From NCBI GenBank assembly GCA_035528905.1, contig DATKXU010000037.1, positions 7,860 to 71,859 on the forward strand: a DNA stretch of 64,000 bases. Direction: 5' to 3'. Both the position numbers and the translations under genes were made by a program. Shown one piece after another: positions 8,209 to 17,289 of the stretch (positions are counted from its first letter, which is position 1; the number at the start of each line of letters is the position of its first letter). The stretch is from Armatimonadota bacterium. Lineage in GTDB: Bacteria > Armatimonadota > UBA5829 > DTJY01. The notes beneath the pieces were generated by a model. That model was given only the letters and a program-made list of their open reading frames with translations, made no database searches and was not told the origin of the DNA.

Positions 8209-8973
8209 CTAGAGGCTCCGGTAGGCGTGCAACAGTTCGGCGAGAGTAACAATGACCAAGAACAGGGCGACGAGGAGTATCCTGCCGAAGATTGAGAGAG
8301 CACTGAGGGCGAACAACACAATGATGATCACCGTCACGGTGATCGCTGAAGTCACCGCGATTTGCCTGATGCCGCCCCGCGCCAGCCATTGCTTCAGCTC
8401 ACTGGATATCCGAAGCTCCCCTTCGCACTCGCCGCAACGAGTGCGCTCCGGGGGATTCTTATGGCCGCAGCTTGGACAGCTGATCGGCGGAGTCACCTTC
8501 TCCTGCCTCTCCTGGATAAACTGCTCCAGGCGACGGACCTCCTCCGGACTGCTAGGGCACATGCGCACGAGCTCGGTTTGCTCGGCAATTGCTTCATCGA
8601 GCCTGCCCAGCGTGTACAACTCCTCGGCCAGCCGGCTTCGGGCAGCCATGTTTAACGGGTCACTGGTAATGGCGTTCTTATACTGCTCGATTCGCTCGTC
8701 GTGGAAGCAGTGGTCAGCCCGGCGTTCCCGCCATCTCGGCAGAATCAGCAGTGAGACCAGCAGGATCAGAATAACCAAGACTGGGAGGACCCGAAGGGTG
8801 ACAACGGAGATGATTAGACCCAGGTACAAGCCGGTAATGAGGATGCACTCCAGCCCGCCGATTGTGCCCTCAACGTAGCACCCGATAGTCTTGTGCAGCA
8901 GTAGCCCGGCGAGGATCCCAAAAAAAACTGCCAAGCTCACAAGAAGAAATACGTTTCCAGGCTGACTGACCAC
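8209..8973 (-). CDS. Membrane protein with TPR-like segment and C4 zinc ribbon
   Basis: There are multiple hydrophobic helices at both ends. The central region carries CPSCGHKNPPERTRCGEC. The gene starts with GTG preceded by AAGGAG. Confidence 0.45.
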   Translation of the reverse strand: MVSQPGNVFLLVSLAVFFGILAGLLLHKTIGCYVEGTIGGLECILITGLYLGLIISVVTLRVLPVLVILILLVSLLILPRWRERRADHCFHDERIEQYKNAITSDPLNMAARSRLAEELYTLGRLDEAIAEQTELVRMCPSSPEEVRRLEQFIQERQEKVTPPISCPSCGHKNPPERTRCGECEGELRISSELKQWLARGGIRQIAVTSAITVTVIIIVLFALSALSIFGRILLVALFLVIVTLAELLHAYRSL

Positions 8974-9018
8974 CCTAGTTCGCTCCTTGAGCGAGATACC
9001 ATCGAGCCGATCCGCTGA

Positions 9019-9918
9019 CTACCTTACGGCAGATCCGCGAGCGCCTCCCGTTACCGGCAGAAGTGCCACACTGAACTTGCTATCCAGCGCCACAGCCGTA
9101 AAGCTCTTCTGCGGCTGCTCCCCACTGCCGCTCTCGGGCATCTCAACGGGGACAGCTACTGTGGACTTTGTGGTGCCCTGGGCTGAAATGAGAATCCCTC
9201 TATCCACAGAGAAAAGCAAGTCGGCCCGTCCTTCCTGGCTGCCGCGCGGAGTGGCAGAGCCATTCGAACCACCGGGGTTTATCGGCGTGCTCATGATCTG
9301 CTTTATCCTTGCCACACGCCCGTCTGTGGTGGACTCCACCTTCTCGAGCGTGAACCCAAGTTTGAGCCTGGACATCGAGTCGAAGGGCAGAGGCAGCTCC
9401 GCCGCCCAGGTGCCGCCGATATCCACTGGCTTGTCCGGCAGAACAGCCATGAGCACAATTGATTCTATGGATCCGAAATCCAGCGGAGAACGCTGCTGGC
9501 CTGATCCTTCGCCTTGCCTGCCGGTGCTGATGACTTTCCCCGTCGGCGTTATCCGGATCTTGCGAATGTCCTTAGGCGCCTCATAGCTGGGCACAGGCTT
9601 ACCATCCATCTTGAGACTTGCGGCCTCGGTGGCGATTTCGAGGTCCATACATCCGTCCGCAAGAGCCTGTACGCAGCGCACGCGGATAATCGAGGTAAGC
9701 TCGGCGTCAATAGGCAAGGCCACGGACGCACCGGGGAGCCAGCGTGTGCCGGTGAGCCGCTGCGAAATCTGGTATCTTGCAGCGGTGCCAGGAGCGAACC
9801 TGTACGCGAGCTGGACAGCACTCGACGGCGGCTGTGTGTTCTGCGAGTACAGAGGTAAGCTGCCGATCAGGGCGAGCGCACTGAATACCGCCAGCATAGG
9901 AAGTGTTCTGCATCTCAT
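9019..9918 (-). CDS. Hypothetical secreted protein
   Basis: The internal ATG at 9916-9918 gives the N-terminus MRCRTLPMLAVFSALALIGSLPLYSQ, a signal peptide. No family was recognised. Confidence 0.45.
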   Translation of the reverse strand: MRCRTLPMLAVFSALALIGSLPLYSQNTQPPSSAVQLAYRFAPGTAARYQISQRLTGTRWLPGASVALPIDAELTSIIRVRCVQALADGCMDLEIATEAASLKMDGKPVPSYEAPKDIRKIRITPTGKVISTGRQGEGSGQQRSPLDFGSIESIVLMAVLPDKPVDIGGTWAAELPLPFDSMSRLKLGFTLEKVESTTDGRVARIKQIMSTPINPGGSNGSATPRGSQEGRADLLFSVDRGILISAQGTTKSTVAVPVEMPESGSGEQPQKSFTAVALDSKFSVALLPVTGGARGSAVR

Positions 9919-10022
9919 GGCGCCTATTATATCCGCCTGCAAGCACTCGGTCAAGGCATGGAGATGGTTTCGATTGCGCTCGTGTCGGCAAGAATATAGT
10001 GAATCAGAAACGAGAGAGGTGG

Positions 10023-10463
10023 ATGGTCCGAGTGCTCTGGAAAGTCTTCGCAACGGTGCTGCTCGTGGCTGTCGCGGTGGGCATTTTTGTCGAGCATGCG
10101 GTCACGAACATCCAGATTCGCACGATTGCCAGTGCTCGCTCCGGCACGACTAGGGGAGGCGCAGTTGCGCTTCGGGGCACCATCACGTTCGCACAAGATA
10201 ACCGGTTCATCCTCGAAGATGGCACGGGGAGGGTCGAGCTGTCCACTTGCCCACTGTGGTACAGGCGGGTTCCCTTGCGCGAAGGTGACTGCGTCACGGC
10301 CGTGGGAGAGGTGATGAGCAATCCGTCGTTACATACCAGGTGCGACTTTGTCCTGAGCGTGTACAAGGTCTTTCGCGGCGGGGAGGTCATCCAGGTTCGC
10401 AGGGGACCGGGGAAGCCGCCGTGGATGAGCTATCGGCCTCCTGGGGCTGCGGCAGCCCTTTGA
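10023..10463 (+). CDS. Membrane-anchored OB-fold protein (BOF/YgiW-like)
   Basis: The N-terminus MVRVLWKVFATVLLVAVAVGIFV forms a membrane anchor. It is followed by a beta-rich region similar to YgiW/BOF OB-fold proteins. Start is the ATG at 10023. Confidence 0.4.
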   Translation: MVRVLWKVFATVLLVAVAVGIFVEHAVTNIQIRTIASARSGTTRGGAVALRGTITFAQDNRFILEDGTGRVELSTCPLWYRRVPLREGDCVTAVGEVMSNPSLHTRCDFVLSVYKVFRGGEVIQVRRGPGKPPWMSYRPPGAAAAL

Positions 10464-11959
10464 ACGAAGAAGACCCTCTTCATCCGTTTTACAACTTCTC
10501 CACCTGCGTCGAGCGCTCGGAGCAGCGCAACATGCTCACCTTCCGGCCAGTTTTCGATGTTCAGAGAGAACACATGTCCGGGAGTGTTGCTCGCGGCCCT
10601 GAACTGCCCATCCAGGTAGAGACAGGTTAAGCGCACCCGTTCCAGGTCGAAGCCGGTCAGCTTAAGTTCAAGACTCACAGTGGGTCCTGTGACAATCGTG
10701 CCGCTCTTGAGCGCTCTCGCGCGGCACGCATTGAGATATGACAGTCTGCCTCGCTCAATCTCTGCCTGTATCCACTCCGCCGAGAAGACGGGAAACCGAA
10801 TGCGAATGTCGGTGACCGGCCCACCGGGCAGCGTCATCAGAGCACCGTCCGACCTGCCGACGAGCGCCGGCAGCGGTCTCCAGCCGGAGTTGGACGTCCT
10901 AACATCCACTCGAAAAGAGTTCTCCTCATGTGCCTGGTCGTTCGCAAGGCCGATGCATCCGAAGAACAGCGGAGGCGTCCCCTCAAGCCACGGGGCTTCA
11001 GGAGAAGCTGGCCCGACCACCAGGATTTGCGCCACTTCCTTTGCAGCGCGGGCATGGCGAGACGGCTGAAGCATGAATCCGCCGCGTGTCTCCCTGGAGG
11101 AGCCGTCTCTCGCCCCTGGGACGATAGGCGCGGTGGAAATCGTCACCACACCAGCATGATTCGTGTTTATCCGCCCCACCCCAGTATAAGCGGTTGCGTC
11201 AAAGCGCCCGATACCCGTGACCGGACGTTCCACCTGCCCTAGGAGTTCTTCGCCATCCGCGTAGACGGCCTGAACACGGCCGCCCCGACGGTTCTGCACG
11301 ACTATTTCCTTCGGATAGCGCGCCGGGATGCAGACCAGGATCACAAGCTCGTCCCCATCCCTTGGGACGTACCTGCGGGGCATGGGCGTCTGGATGCCGT
11401 CTCTCACTAGCAGCACAGCATTCCCGACAAACGGCGAGAGGTTGCGGAGAATCGCCTCGCCCGCGGGTATGTCCGTCACAATGCCCGACGCGCCAGCTAT
11501 GTGCCCGCCGAACCCCTTTGGAGCTACGGCAAACTCCTTCGGGAGGATGCTGATCATTCGAGCATCTTCCCTGCGGCAGCCTCGGTCACCGCTTACCTTG
11601 ATCCGTATCCCGTGGACTGCAGTTGCCGCCACTGTGCCGGGCAACGCGTAGACGCTGGCGGAAAAGCCTTGAACGGTCGTAGTTGCAGGGCGTGTAACAG
11701 TCCCCACGCGGCAATAGGGCTGGCCCTCGCCGGCCGCGCACACTTCCACCGGGCCGCCCTCCCGATTGGCTACCCGAATCCGGTATAGCTCCCGCATCTC
11801 CGGCGGCTGTGCGCAAACCGATGGGAGAAGCCATACCCAGATGCAGAGGACTGCCGGCCACACTATATGGCGTGAACAAGGACACGGCGCTGGTCCTTTG
11901 CGATTGGAGACGTTCCGTAGAGGCTGCATCTTCATTGGGCTATTCCGAAACCGCGTCAT
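10430..11959 (-). CDS. Hypothetical secreted protein (509 aa)
   Basis: The N-terminal region is hydrophobic (WPAVLCIWVWLLPSVCAQ). No family was recognised. The gene converges on and slightly overlaps the 10023..10463 gene. Confidence 0.45.
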   Translation of the reverse strand: MTRFRNSPMKMQPLRNVSNRKGPAPCPCSRHIVWPAVLCIWVWLLPSVCAQPPEMRELYRIRVANREGGPVEVCAAGEGQPYCRVGTVTRPATTTVQGFSASVYALPGTVAATAVHGIRIKVSGDRGCRREDARMISILPKEFAVAPKGFGGHIAGASGIVTDIPAGEAILRNLSPFVGNAVLLVRDGIQTPMPRRYVPRDGDELVILVCIPARYPKEIVVQNRRGGRVQAVYADGEELLGQVERPVTGIGRFDATAYTGVGRINTNHAGVVTISTAPIVPGARDGSSRETRGGFMLQPSRHARAAKEVAQILVVGPASPEAPWLEGTPPLFFGCIGLANDQAHEENSFRVDVRTSNSGWRPLPALVGRSDGALMTLPGGPVTDIRIRFPVFSAEWIQAEIERGRLSYLNACRARALKSGTIVTGPTVSLELKLTGFDLERVRLTCLYLDGQFRAASNTPGHVFSLNIENWPEGEHVALLRALDAGGEVVKRMKRVFFVQRAAAAPGGR

Positions 11960-13439
11960 GGGGGCCGGCGGCTCTCGTGGGGAATGCTCGCTCCAGCATC
12001 GGCCACCATCCGTATTCCTCCAGATAGATGAGATCGAAGAGCATCACGCCATCTGTGTGCTGCTCGGCGGCCTCAATTGCACTGTTGAATCCTCTAGGAT
12101 TGCCGCGGTAATCCCGCAGGTATAAGCTCCCGTAAAGGCAGCTCGCGTCGCCGACCGCCTGGCGCGACACCTGACATGCCGCTTCCACCGTCGCACCCTC
12201 GGGCTGCCTGCAGGCGCGGGCATCCGCACGCGTCGCCAAAGGATAGTAGCACCCCGTACATATGTAATCGAACAATTCCGCAAATCCGGTCTCGTCGTAC
12301 GTCGGTGTCATCCAGTCATAGCCGGGGCGGAATTTCGCGCTTCCCCAGTTGACGCCGACCTCGTAGTATGATTCATACCATGACCCGACGTAGACTCCTA
12401 CTCTTACACTGGGCTTGATCGAGCGGATCAGCTCAACCGCTTCCTCTACGAAGTTCCGAATTTGCCGGGCGCGCCACTCCAGCCACTCCTTGTAGTACTT
12501 CCCCTGGATCGGGGCAAGCCACGGCACGTCGTTGATCGTGAAGACGTCCTCCGGCCACCGAAGCGCTCCCCGGCCAAGCCATGCCTCGAACGCCTCACGG
12601 CTTGTCGAGCTGAAATCCGCATACAGGTTCGGGTACCGCATCCGATCGAAAACGATGCCGTCAATATCGTACCCGGACACGATTTCCTGAATCATTCGGA
12701 GCTCGTATTCCCTGGCCGGCCCGATCGGATTCACGAAAATGCCGAACGACGGCGCCATGGATTCCGCAGCCGATCGGAAGACGGGCACAGCGCGCCATGT
12801 CACCTCATCGCCGGGCCTGATCGCAGCCGCGCACGAGGCCGGCAAAGCGATAATACATCCGTCCTCAGGCACACGTATCCCGCCTGCGGGTTCGTCAACG
12901 ATGGCAGAGACTGCAGCGCCCTCGATGACGACGTAACGCCTTCCTGCCTCCGGTGCAACTGAAGTCCCAGACCGCCGCGTGTAGACTGCAGGAGCGTCCA
13001 TTGGCTCCCAAGGATCCACAAGTTCTATCCGGATTGACTGGTTGCCCAAGGTGGCGGTCCTGACGGCCTCATACATCGTGACCTGCCACTCGGGGTGGTC
13101 GTAGGCCGGCCCGCGGGACCATCGGCGGTGGCCCTCGGAGAATAGGTTGACCGCAGCGTGCATGGGAAGTCCCGCCGAGTGACCCTCCTCGACTATGGCG
13201 GCCAGAAGGTCGAACGACTTCGGAAATCGTTTGCCGTCTACCTCGCCGAGCCGAGGCGCATACTTGCTGTTGTAAAGCACTTCCCCGCTGAGCGGCTTGA
13301 CGTCCACTATCAGCGTGTTGATCCCAGCACGCAATGCCTTTCGGACAACATCACCAACCTGTGCGCGCGTGGAGAGCCGATGGCAATTCGCCTCGGCATC
13401 ACACCAGAGGAGTCTTCCCTGTCTCTGTGGCTTAGTCAT
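11940..13439 (-). CDS. Glycoside hydrolase-like family 10 (GHL10/DUF187) protein
   Basis: The N-terminal region LLWCDAEANCHRL...GINTLIVDVK and a TIM-barrel-like middle section match YngK/GHL10-type proteins. Start is the ATG at 13437-13439. Confidence 0.6.
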   Translation of the reverse strand: MTKPQRQGRLLWCDAEANCHRLSTRAQVGDVVRKALRAGINTLIVDVKPLSGEVLYNSKYAPRLGEVDGKRFPKSFDLLAAIVEEGHSAGLPMHAAVNLFSEGHRRWSRGPAYDHPEWQVTMYEAVRTATLGNQSIRIELVDPWEPMDAPAVYTRRSGTSVAPEAGRRYVVIEGAAVSAIVDEPAGGIRVPEDGCIIALPASCAAAIRPGDEVTWRAVPVFRSAAESMAPSFGIFVNPIGPAREYELRMIQEIVSGYDIDGIVFDRMRYPNLYADFSSTSREAFEAWLGRGALRWPEDVFTINDVPWLAPIQGKYYKEWLEWRARQIRNFVEEAVELIRSIKPSVRVGVYVGSWYESYYEVGVNWGSAKFRPGYDWMTPTYDETGFAELFDYICTGCYYPLATRADARACRQPEGATVEAACQVSRQAVGDASCLYGSLYLRDYRGNPRGFNSAIEAAEQHTDGVMLFDLIYLEEYGWWPMLERAFPTRAAGPHDAVSE

Positions 13440-13490
13440 GGGTGATCGAGTAGTTGATCTCGGCTGGCGTCTTCAGCCTCACGCGCTTCG

Positions 13491-15368
13491 TTACATGCGT
13501 TGGTGGCTGCCGGACATCGCTGCACTAGCCCCCGCTGGCCGAATGATGATAGTTGCGGGATACGCCGAGCCGGACAGCGGCATTGTGCGCAATGACACGG
13601 TTCTGCTCCTGCCCGGCGGCACCGTAATCGTCCCTATGGTCGCTTCACGCAGCGACTGAAGCCACCTGACGTGCACCGGACTCCCGTTAAGGAAAAAGAC
13701 GCCACTGGCAAGCCCTGCGGTGGCCTCGAACGCGATCTCTACGTTGTGCGGACGATCAAGCGGGTTCTCCAAAGTGGCCTCAATGTCGTAAATCACCCCG
13801 TAATTCCCCTGGAGCTGTCTGTCCTGCGTCGCGTGTGTTAGCGCTTCCTTTCCTATTCTCACGAACAGCCAAGGCTTCCCGGCGGTGTACGTTACCGCCA
13901 GATTCTTCATCGGACCCGGATATACGTGATCCGACGTCGCCAGCTTCGATGGTTCGACGCCGACCGCAGGAACAGTAATGCCGCACTGGTCGTGCATCAG
14001 GCGCTCGCTCTCCGGCTTCGCCATGACTCGCACGAACACAGGATCACCGGACAATTGGCGCAGCTCCATGAGGCCGCTCGCGGTGCGCAAAGCATCCAGA
14101 CTCTGGCTCACCAACGCCTGCCGCGCTCTGGGCGGCAGCTCTATCACACGGCCTATATTCTTCCGGTGGTTGTCCAGGAACTCAGAGCCGGCTCTGTACC
14201 CGACGGCCACGGTATCAAGCATAGGCCATGACACCCCTTCTACAATGTGCAGAGTGGCAGCAGACGGCCATGGATTCACCACATCTATCACAAAGCCTAT
14301 CCGCTTCTTCATCCTGTTCTGGTGGTGGTACAGCAGCCTGGTGGCTCCCTCGGAGGGGGATATCCTGCCTACAAAGAGGGCCTGGTATTTCAATATGCTT
14401 TCCGGGTGGTTGCTGTACATGATGTGGGAAGCCTGCACACGCGGCAGAATCCGGTTTTCGACCTCGACCTGAACGGCGAGTTTTGTCGGAATGTAGTCGC
14501 CGCCGGCCACTTGAACCTCGACGGGCATCTGAACTACATTGCCGGGAGACAGCCCCACACCGGCCTGCGAGACGTTCGCAGAGATTAACCTTGCCCCGGG
14601 TTCGAGAGAGATCGCCCGGGTCACCGCTTCAGCGGCAGCCTGGGAAACGAGAGACGGCGGTGCATTCCAACCCGTCACGACGGCCTTCGCTGCCGTTGTA
14701 GTCTTGTACGCTGCGTACTTCCTGACGGAGACTCGAAGCGGGACGGAGTACTCTTGACAGCGGATTGTGATGGCGGCGTCTCCCGGAGAAGCGCCTGTCA
14801 CGATGAGAGACCCCGGCTTTGACAGGCCGTCTACGGATATTACCAACGGGTTGGAAACATCTGCCTCTACCGGCGCAGTCAGCAGCGAGTGCACGGTCAC
14901 AGCGCGGGCCTCGCCCAGCGGTATGAGCAGCGAGGACGGAGTCACCATCAGCGGAGGCAGCGACAGGGCCTCTCGCAGGCTTTGGGTCCACTTCTCCGCC
15001 AGTTTCGCGCTGGAGGTGTTCTGAGCCTTGGCTTCGGCGGCGGTTGCGATCACCAACAGTGAATCGCCGACCATGACACGCGCATCGGCGCCGGACTGCT
15101 TACACCATAGGGTCTTCGGATCAAGGCCCCTCTGGACGAGCGAAGCGAGTCGGCCGGCAACAATCTTGGCACGCTGGCCCGGAGATAGGGAGCCGTTCGA
15201 GACCTTGAGCTGCACGGCCCTCTGTCGGTTGACGATTATACACGCCGCTCCATCCGCGTCCTTTTGCACGCTGATGCGAGGAACAAACTTGGCCGACGCC
15301 GAAGATGCCAGCGCGGCGCTGACTAGAATGCATGTAACGAACAAACCTGGTAATCGTGGCGCGCGCAT
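13491..15368 (-). CDS. Hypothetical secreted multidomain protein (625 aa)
   Basis: The N-terminus MRAPRLPGLFVTCILVSAALASSASA is a signal peptide. No confident family assignment could be made. Confidence 0.45.
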   Translation of the reverse strand: MRAPRLPGLFVTCILVSAALASSASAKFVPRISVQKDADGAACIIVNRQRAVQLKVSNGSLSPGQRAKIVAGRLASLVQRGLDPKTLWCKQSGADARVMVGDSLLVIATAAEAKAQNTSSAKLAEKWTQSLREALSLPPLMVTPSSLLIPLGEARAVTVHSLLTAPVEADVSNPLVISVDGLSKPGSLIVTGASPGDAAITIRCQEYSVPLRVSVRKYAAYKTTTAAKAVVTGWNAPPSLVSQAAAEAVTRAISLEPGARLISANVSQAGVGLSPGNVVQMPVEVQVAGGDYIPTKLAVQVEVENRILPRVQASHIMYSNHPESILKYQALFVGRISPSEGATRLLYHHQNRMKKRIGFVIDVVNPWPSAATLHIVEGVSWPMLDTVAVGYRAGSEFLDNHRKNIGRVIELPPRARQALVSQSLDALRTASGLMELRQLSGDPVFVRVMAKPESERLMHDQCGITVPAVGVEPSKLATSDHVYPGPMKNLAVTYTAGKPWLFVRIGKEALTHATQDRQLQGNYGVIYDIEATLENPLDRPHNVEIAFEATAGLASGVFFLNGSPVHVRWLQSLREATIGTITVPPGRSRTVSLRTMPLSGSAYPATIIIRPAGASAAMSGSHQRM

Positions 15369-15378
15369 GGTCAGAATA

Positions 15379-17187
15379 CTACACCCTCCCGAACATTTTA
15401 TCCAATTCTCGGTTGGAAATGCACACTACGATAGGACGACCGTGTGGGCACAAATAGGGATTGCTGGTATGCCTCAGATCGGCAACCAATCGAACCATTT
15501 CCTCCGATGACAGGTGATCTCCAGCCTTAACAGCCATCTTGCAGGCGGTCGTCACCAGGATAGCCTCCCGTTGGACCATGAGCCGCTTCGCGAGTGTCAA
15601 CTCCGTCAGCTCTTCGATCGTGTCGCGCAGAATCTGCTCGTAGTTCTTTTCAGCAATGAGGGCCGGTACCGAGCGAACAACGAATGTATCTTTCCCGAAC
15701 GGTTCGATGTCGAATCCCAGCGACCGCAGATCCGCAAGTTTGCTCTCCAAGACCATAGCCTCCCGACGCCCGAGCTCGAGGGTCAGCGGCATCATCAATC
15801 GCTGAGCATGTACGTCAGTGCCCATGTTCGTAAGCTCGTCATATAGGATGCGTTCGTGCGCGACGTGCTGGTCTATCAAGAGCAGGCCCTGGGGGCTTTG
15901 TGCAACTATGTACATGTTTCTGGCCTGAGCTAGAACACATGCCCCCGACAGCGGATCGCTCTGCCAGTCGGAGGATTCAGCCGGTCCCGCATCGGGGACC
16001 GCGGCCGCCTGCTCCATTTGCGGCAAGGACTCCGACTTCTGCCCTAGTCTGGACGCGAGCGCCTCTCGGAAAGCCGCGAGATCCGGCGCCGGTCCAGACG
16101 GTTTCTCCGGCGCTACGAAAGACGGCCTCTGAATCGGCCTAACGGCTGCGGGCAGCGAGTCCAGGCCGGATGGGGTGACCGCCGACGACGAGAGGGCCTC
16201 CCGCACACTCGCTGAGAGCACCTTGTGGGCTTCCCATTCCCTGGTGAACTTCACCTCTATCTTCGTGGGGTGGACGTTGACGTCTACGAGCTGCGGATCA
16301 ACCTCGACGAAGCCGACAAAGAGCGGAAATCTGCCTTGCGGGAGGATGCCGCGGTAGGCGTCGTCCAGCGCGTGGATCAGGTTGCGGTTGCGCACGAACC
16401 GCTGGTTGACGAAGAACATCTGTCCCGAGCGCCCCGGCTTCGAGTACGACGGGCGCGATACGAAGCCGTGCACGCTATACGGTCCCGATCTGCCCATGAT
16501 CGGTATCACAGCCTCTGCCGCATCCCTGCCGAAGACGGTCAGGATTGCATCCTCCAGGCGGTTTGAGCCCGGCGAGCTGAATACTGTGCGCTCGTTGTGG
16601 ACGAGCGTCATGTCAACTTCGCAGTGCGAAATGGCAAACCTGTTGACAAGCTCGACCACATGGCCGAGTTCGGTCTGAGCGGTCTTGAGGAATTTCTGGC
16701 GGGCTGGCACGCTGTAGAAGAGTTCGCTGACCGAGACGGATGTGCCGACCGGAGCGCCGATATCCAAAACCTCGACACTCTCGCCGCCCGCGCAGATCAC
16801 TAGCGTGCCGCAGTCATCGCCATCCCGCCGGGTCACGATCTCCAGGCGCGATACCGAGGCCATGCTCGGGAGCGCCTCGCCCCGGAAGCCGAGTGTATGT
16901 ATTGCGAAGAGATCGTCGGCGGATTCGATCTTAGACGTAGCGTGCCTCTGGATGGAGAGCACGGCATCCTCGCGCGACATGCCTGTTCCGTTGTCGGTCA
17001 CGCGAATGAGCCGCTTCCCGCCGTCCAGGAGCTCGATCTTAATCTCGTCCGCCTGGGCATCGAGCGCGTTCTCGATGAGTTCCTTCACAACCGACGCCGG
17101 GCGCTCGATCACCTCGCCCGCCGCGATCTTGTTCACCGTGCCCTCGTCGAGCACCCTGATTGTGGACGCACGCTGCTTATCTTGCAT
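15379..17187 (-). CDS. mutL: DNA mismatch repair protein MutL
   Basis: The N-terminal GHKL ATPase motifs are present (KIAAGEVIERPASVVKELIENALDA). The C-terminal dimerisation domain is also present. Confidence 0.9.
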   Translation of the reverse strand: MQDKQRASTIRVLDEGTVNKIAAGEVIERPASVVKELIENALDAQADEIKIELLDGGKRLIRVTDNGTGMSREDAVLSIQRHATSKIESADDLFAIHTLGFRGEALPSMASVSRLEIVTRRDGDDCGTLVICAGGESVEVLDIGAPVGTSVSVSELFYSVPARQKFLKTAQTELGHVVELVNRFAISHCEVDMTLVHNERTVFSSPGSNRLEDAILTVFGRDAAEAVIPIMGRSGPYSVHGFVSRPSYSKPGRSGQMFFVNQRFVRNRNLIHALDDAYRGILPQGRFPLFVGFVEVDPQLVDVNVHPTKIEVKFTREWEAHKVLSASVREALSSSAVTPSGLDSLPAAVRPIQRPSFVAPEKPSGPAPDLAAFREALASRLGQKSESLPQMEQAAAVPDAGPAESSDWQSDPLSGACVLAQARNMYIVAQSPQGLLLIDQHVAHERILYDELTNMGTDVHAQRLMMPLTLELGRREAMVLESKLADLRSLGFDIEPFGKDTFVVRSVPALIAEKNYEQILRDTIEELTELTLAKRLMVQREAILVTTACKMAVKAGDHLSSEEMVRLVADLRHTSNPYLCPHGRPIVVCISNRELDKMFGRV

Positions 17188-17210
17188 AACACGCCTGACC
17201 TGTCAAGGCA

Positions 17211-17266
17211 GACCGTAGACAATAGAGCAGAGACCGTAGACTTGGAAAGCTCTTCGGTCTACGGTC
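17211..17266. repeat. Palindromic GACCGTAGAC ... GTCTACGGTC intergenic element (copy 1, between mutS and mutL)
   Basis: Direct copies GACCGTAGAC at 17211-17220 and AGACCGTAGAC at 17231-17241 are followed by the inverted copy GGTCTACGGTCT at 17255-17266. The last two form a hairpin with a 13-nt loop. Confidence 0.6.
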
Positions 17267-17289
17267 TACTGTCCATGGTCCATAGTCTC

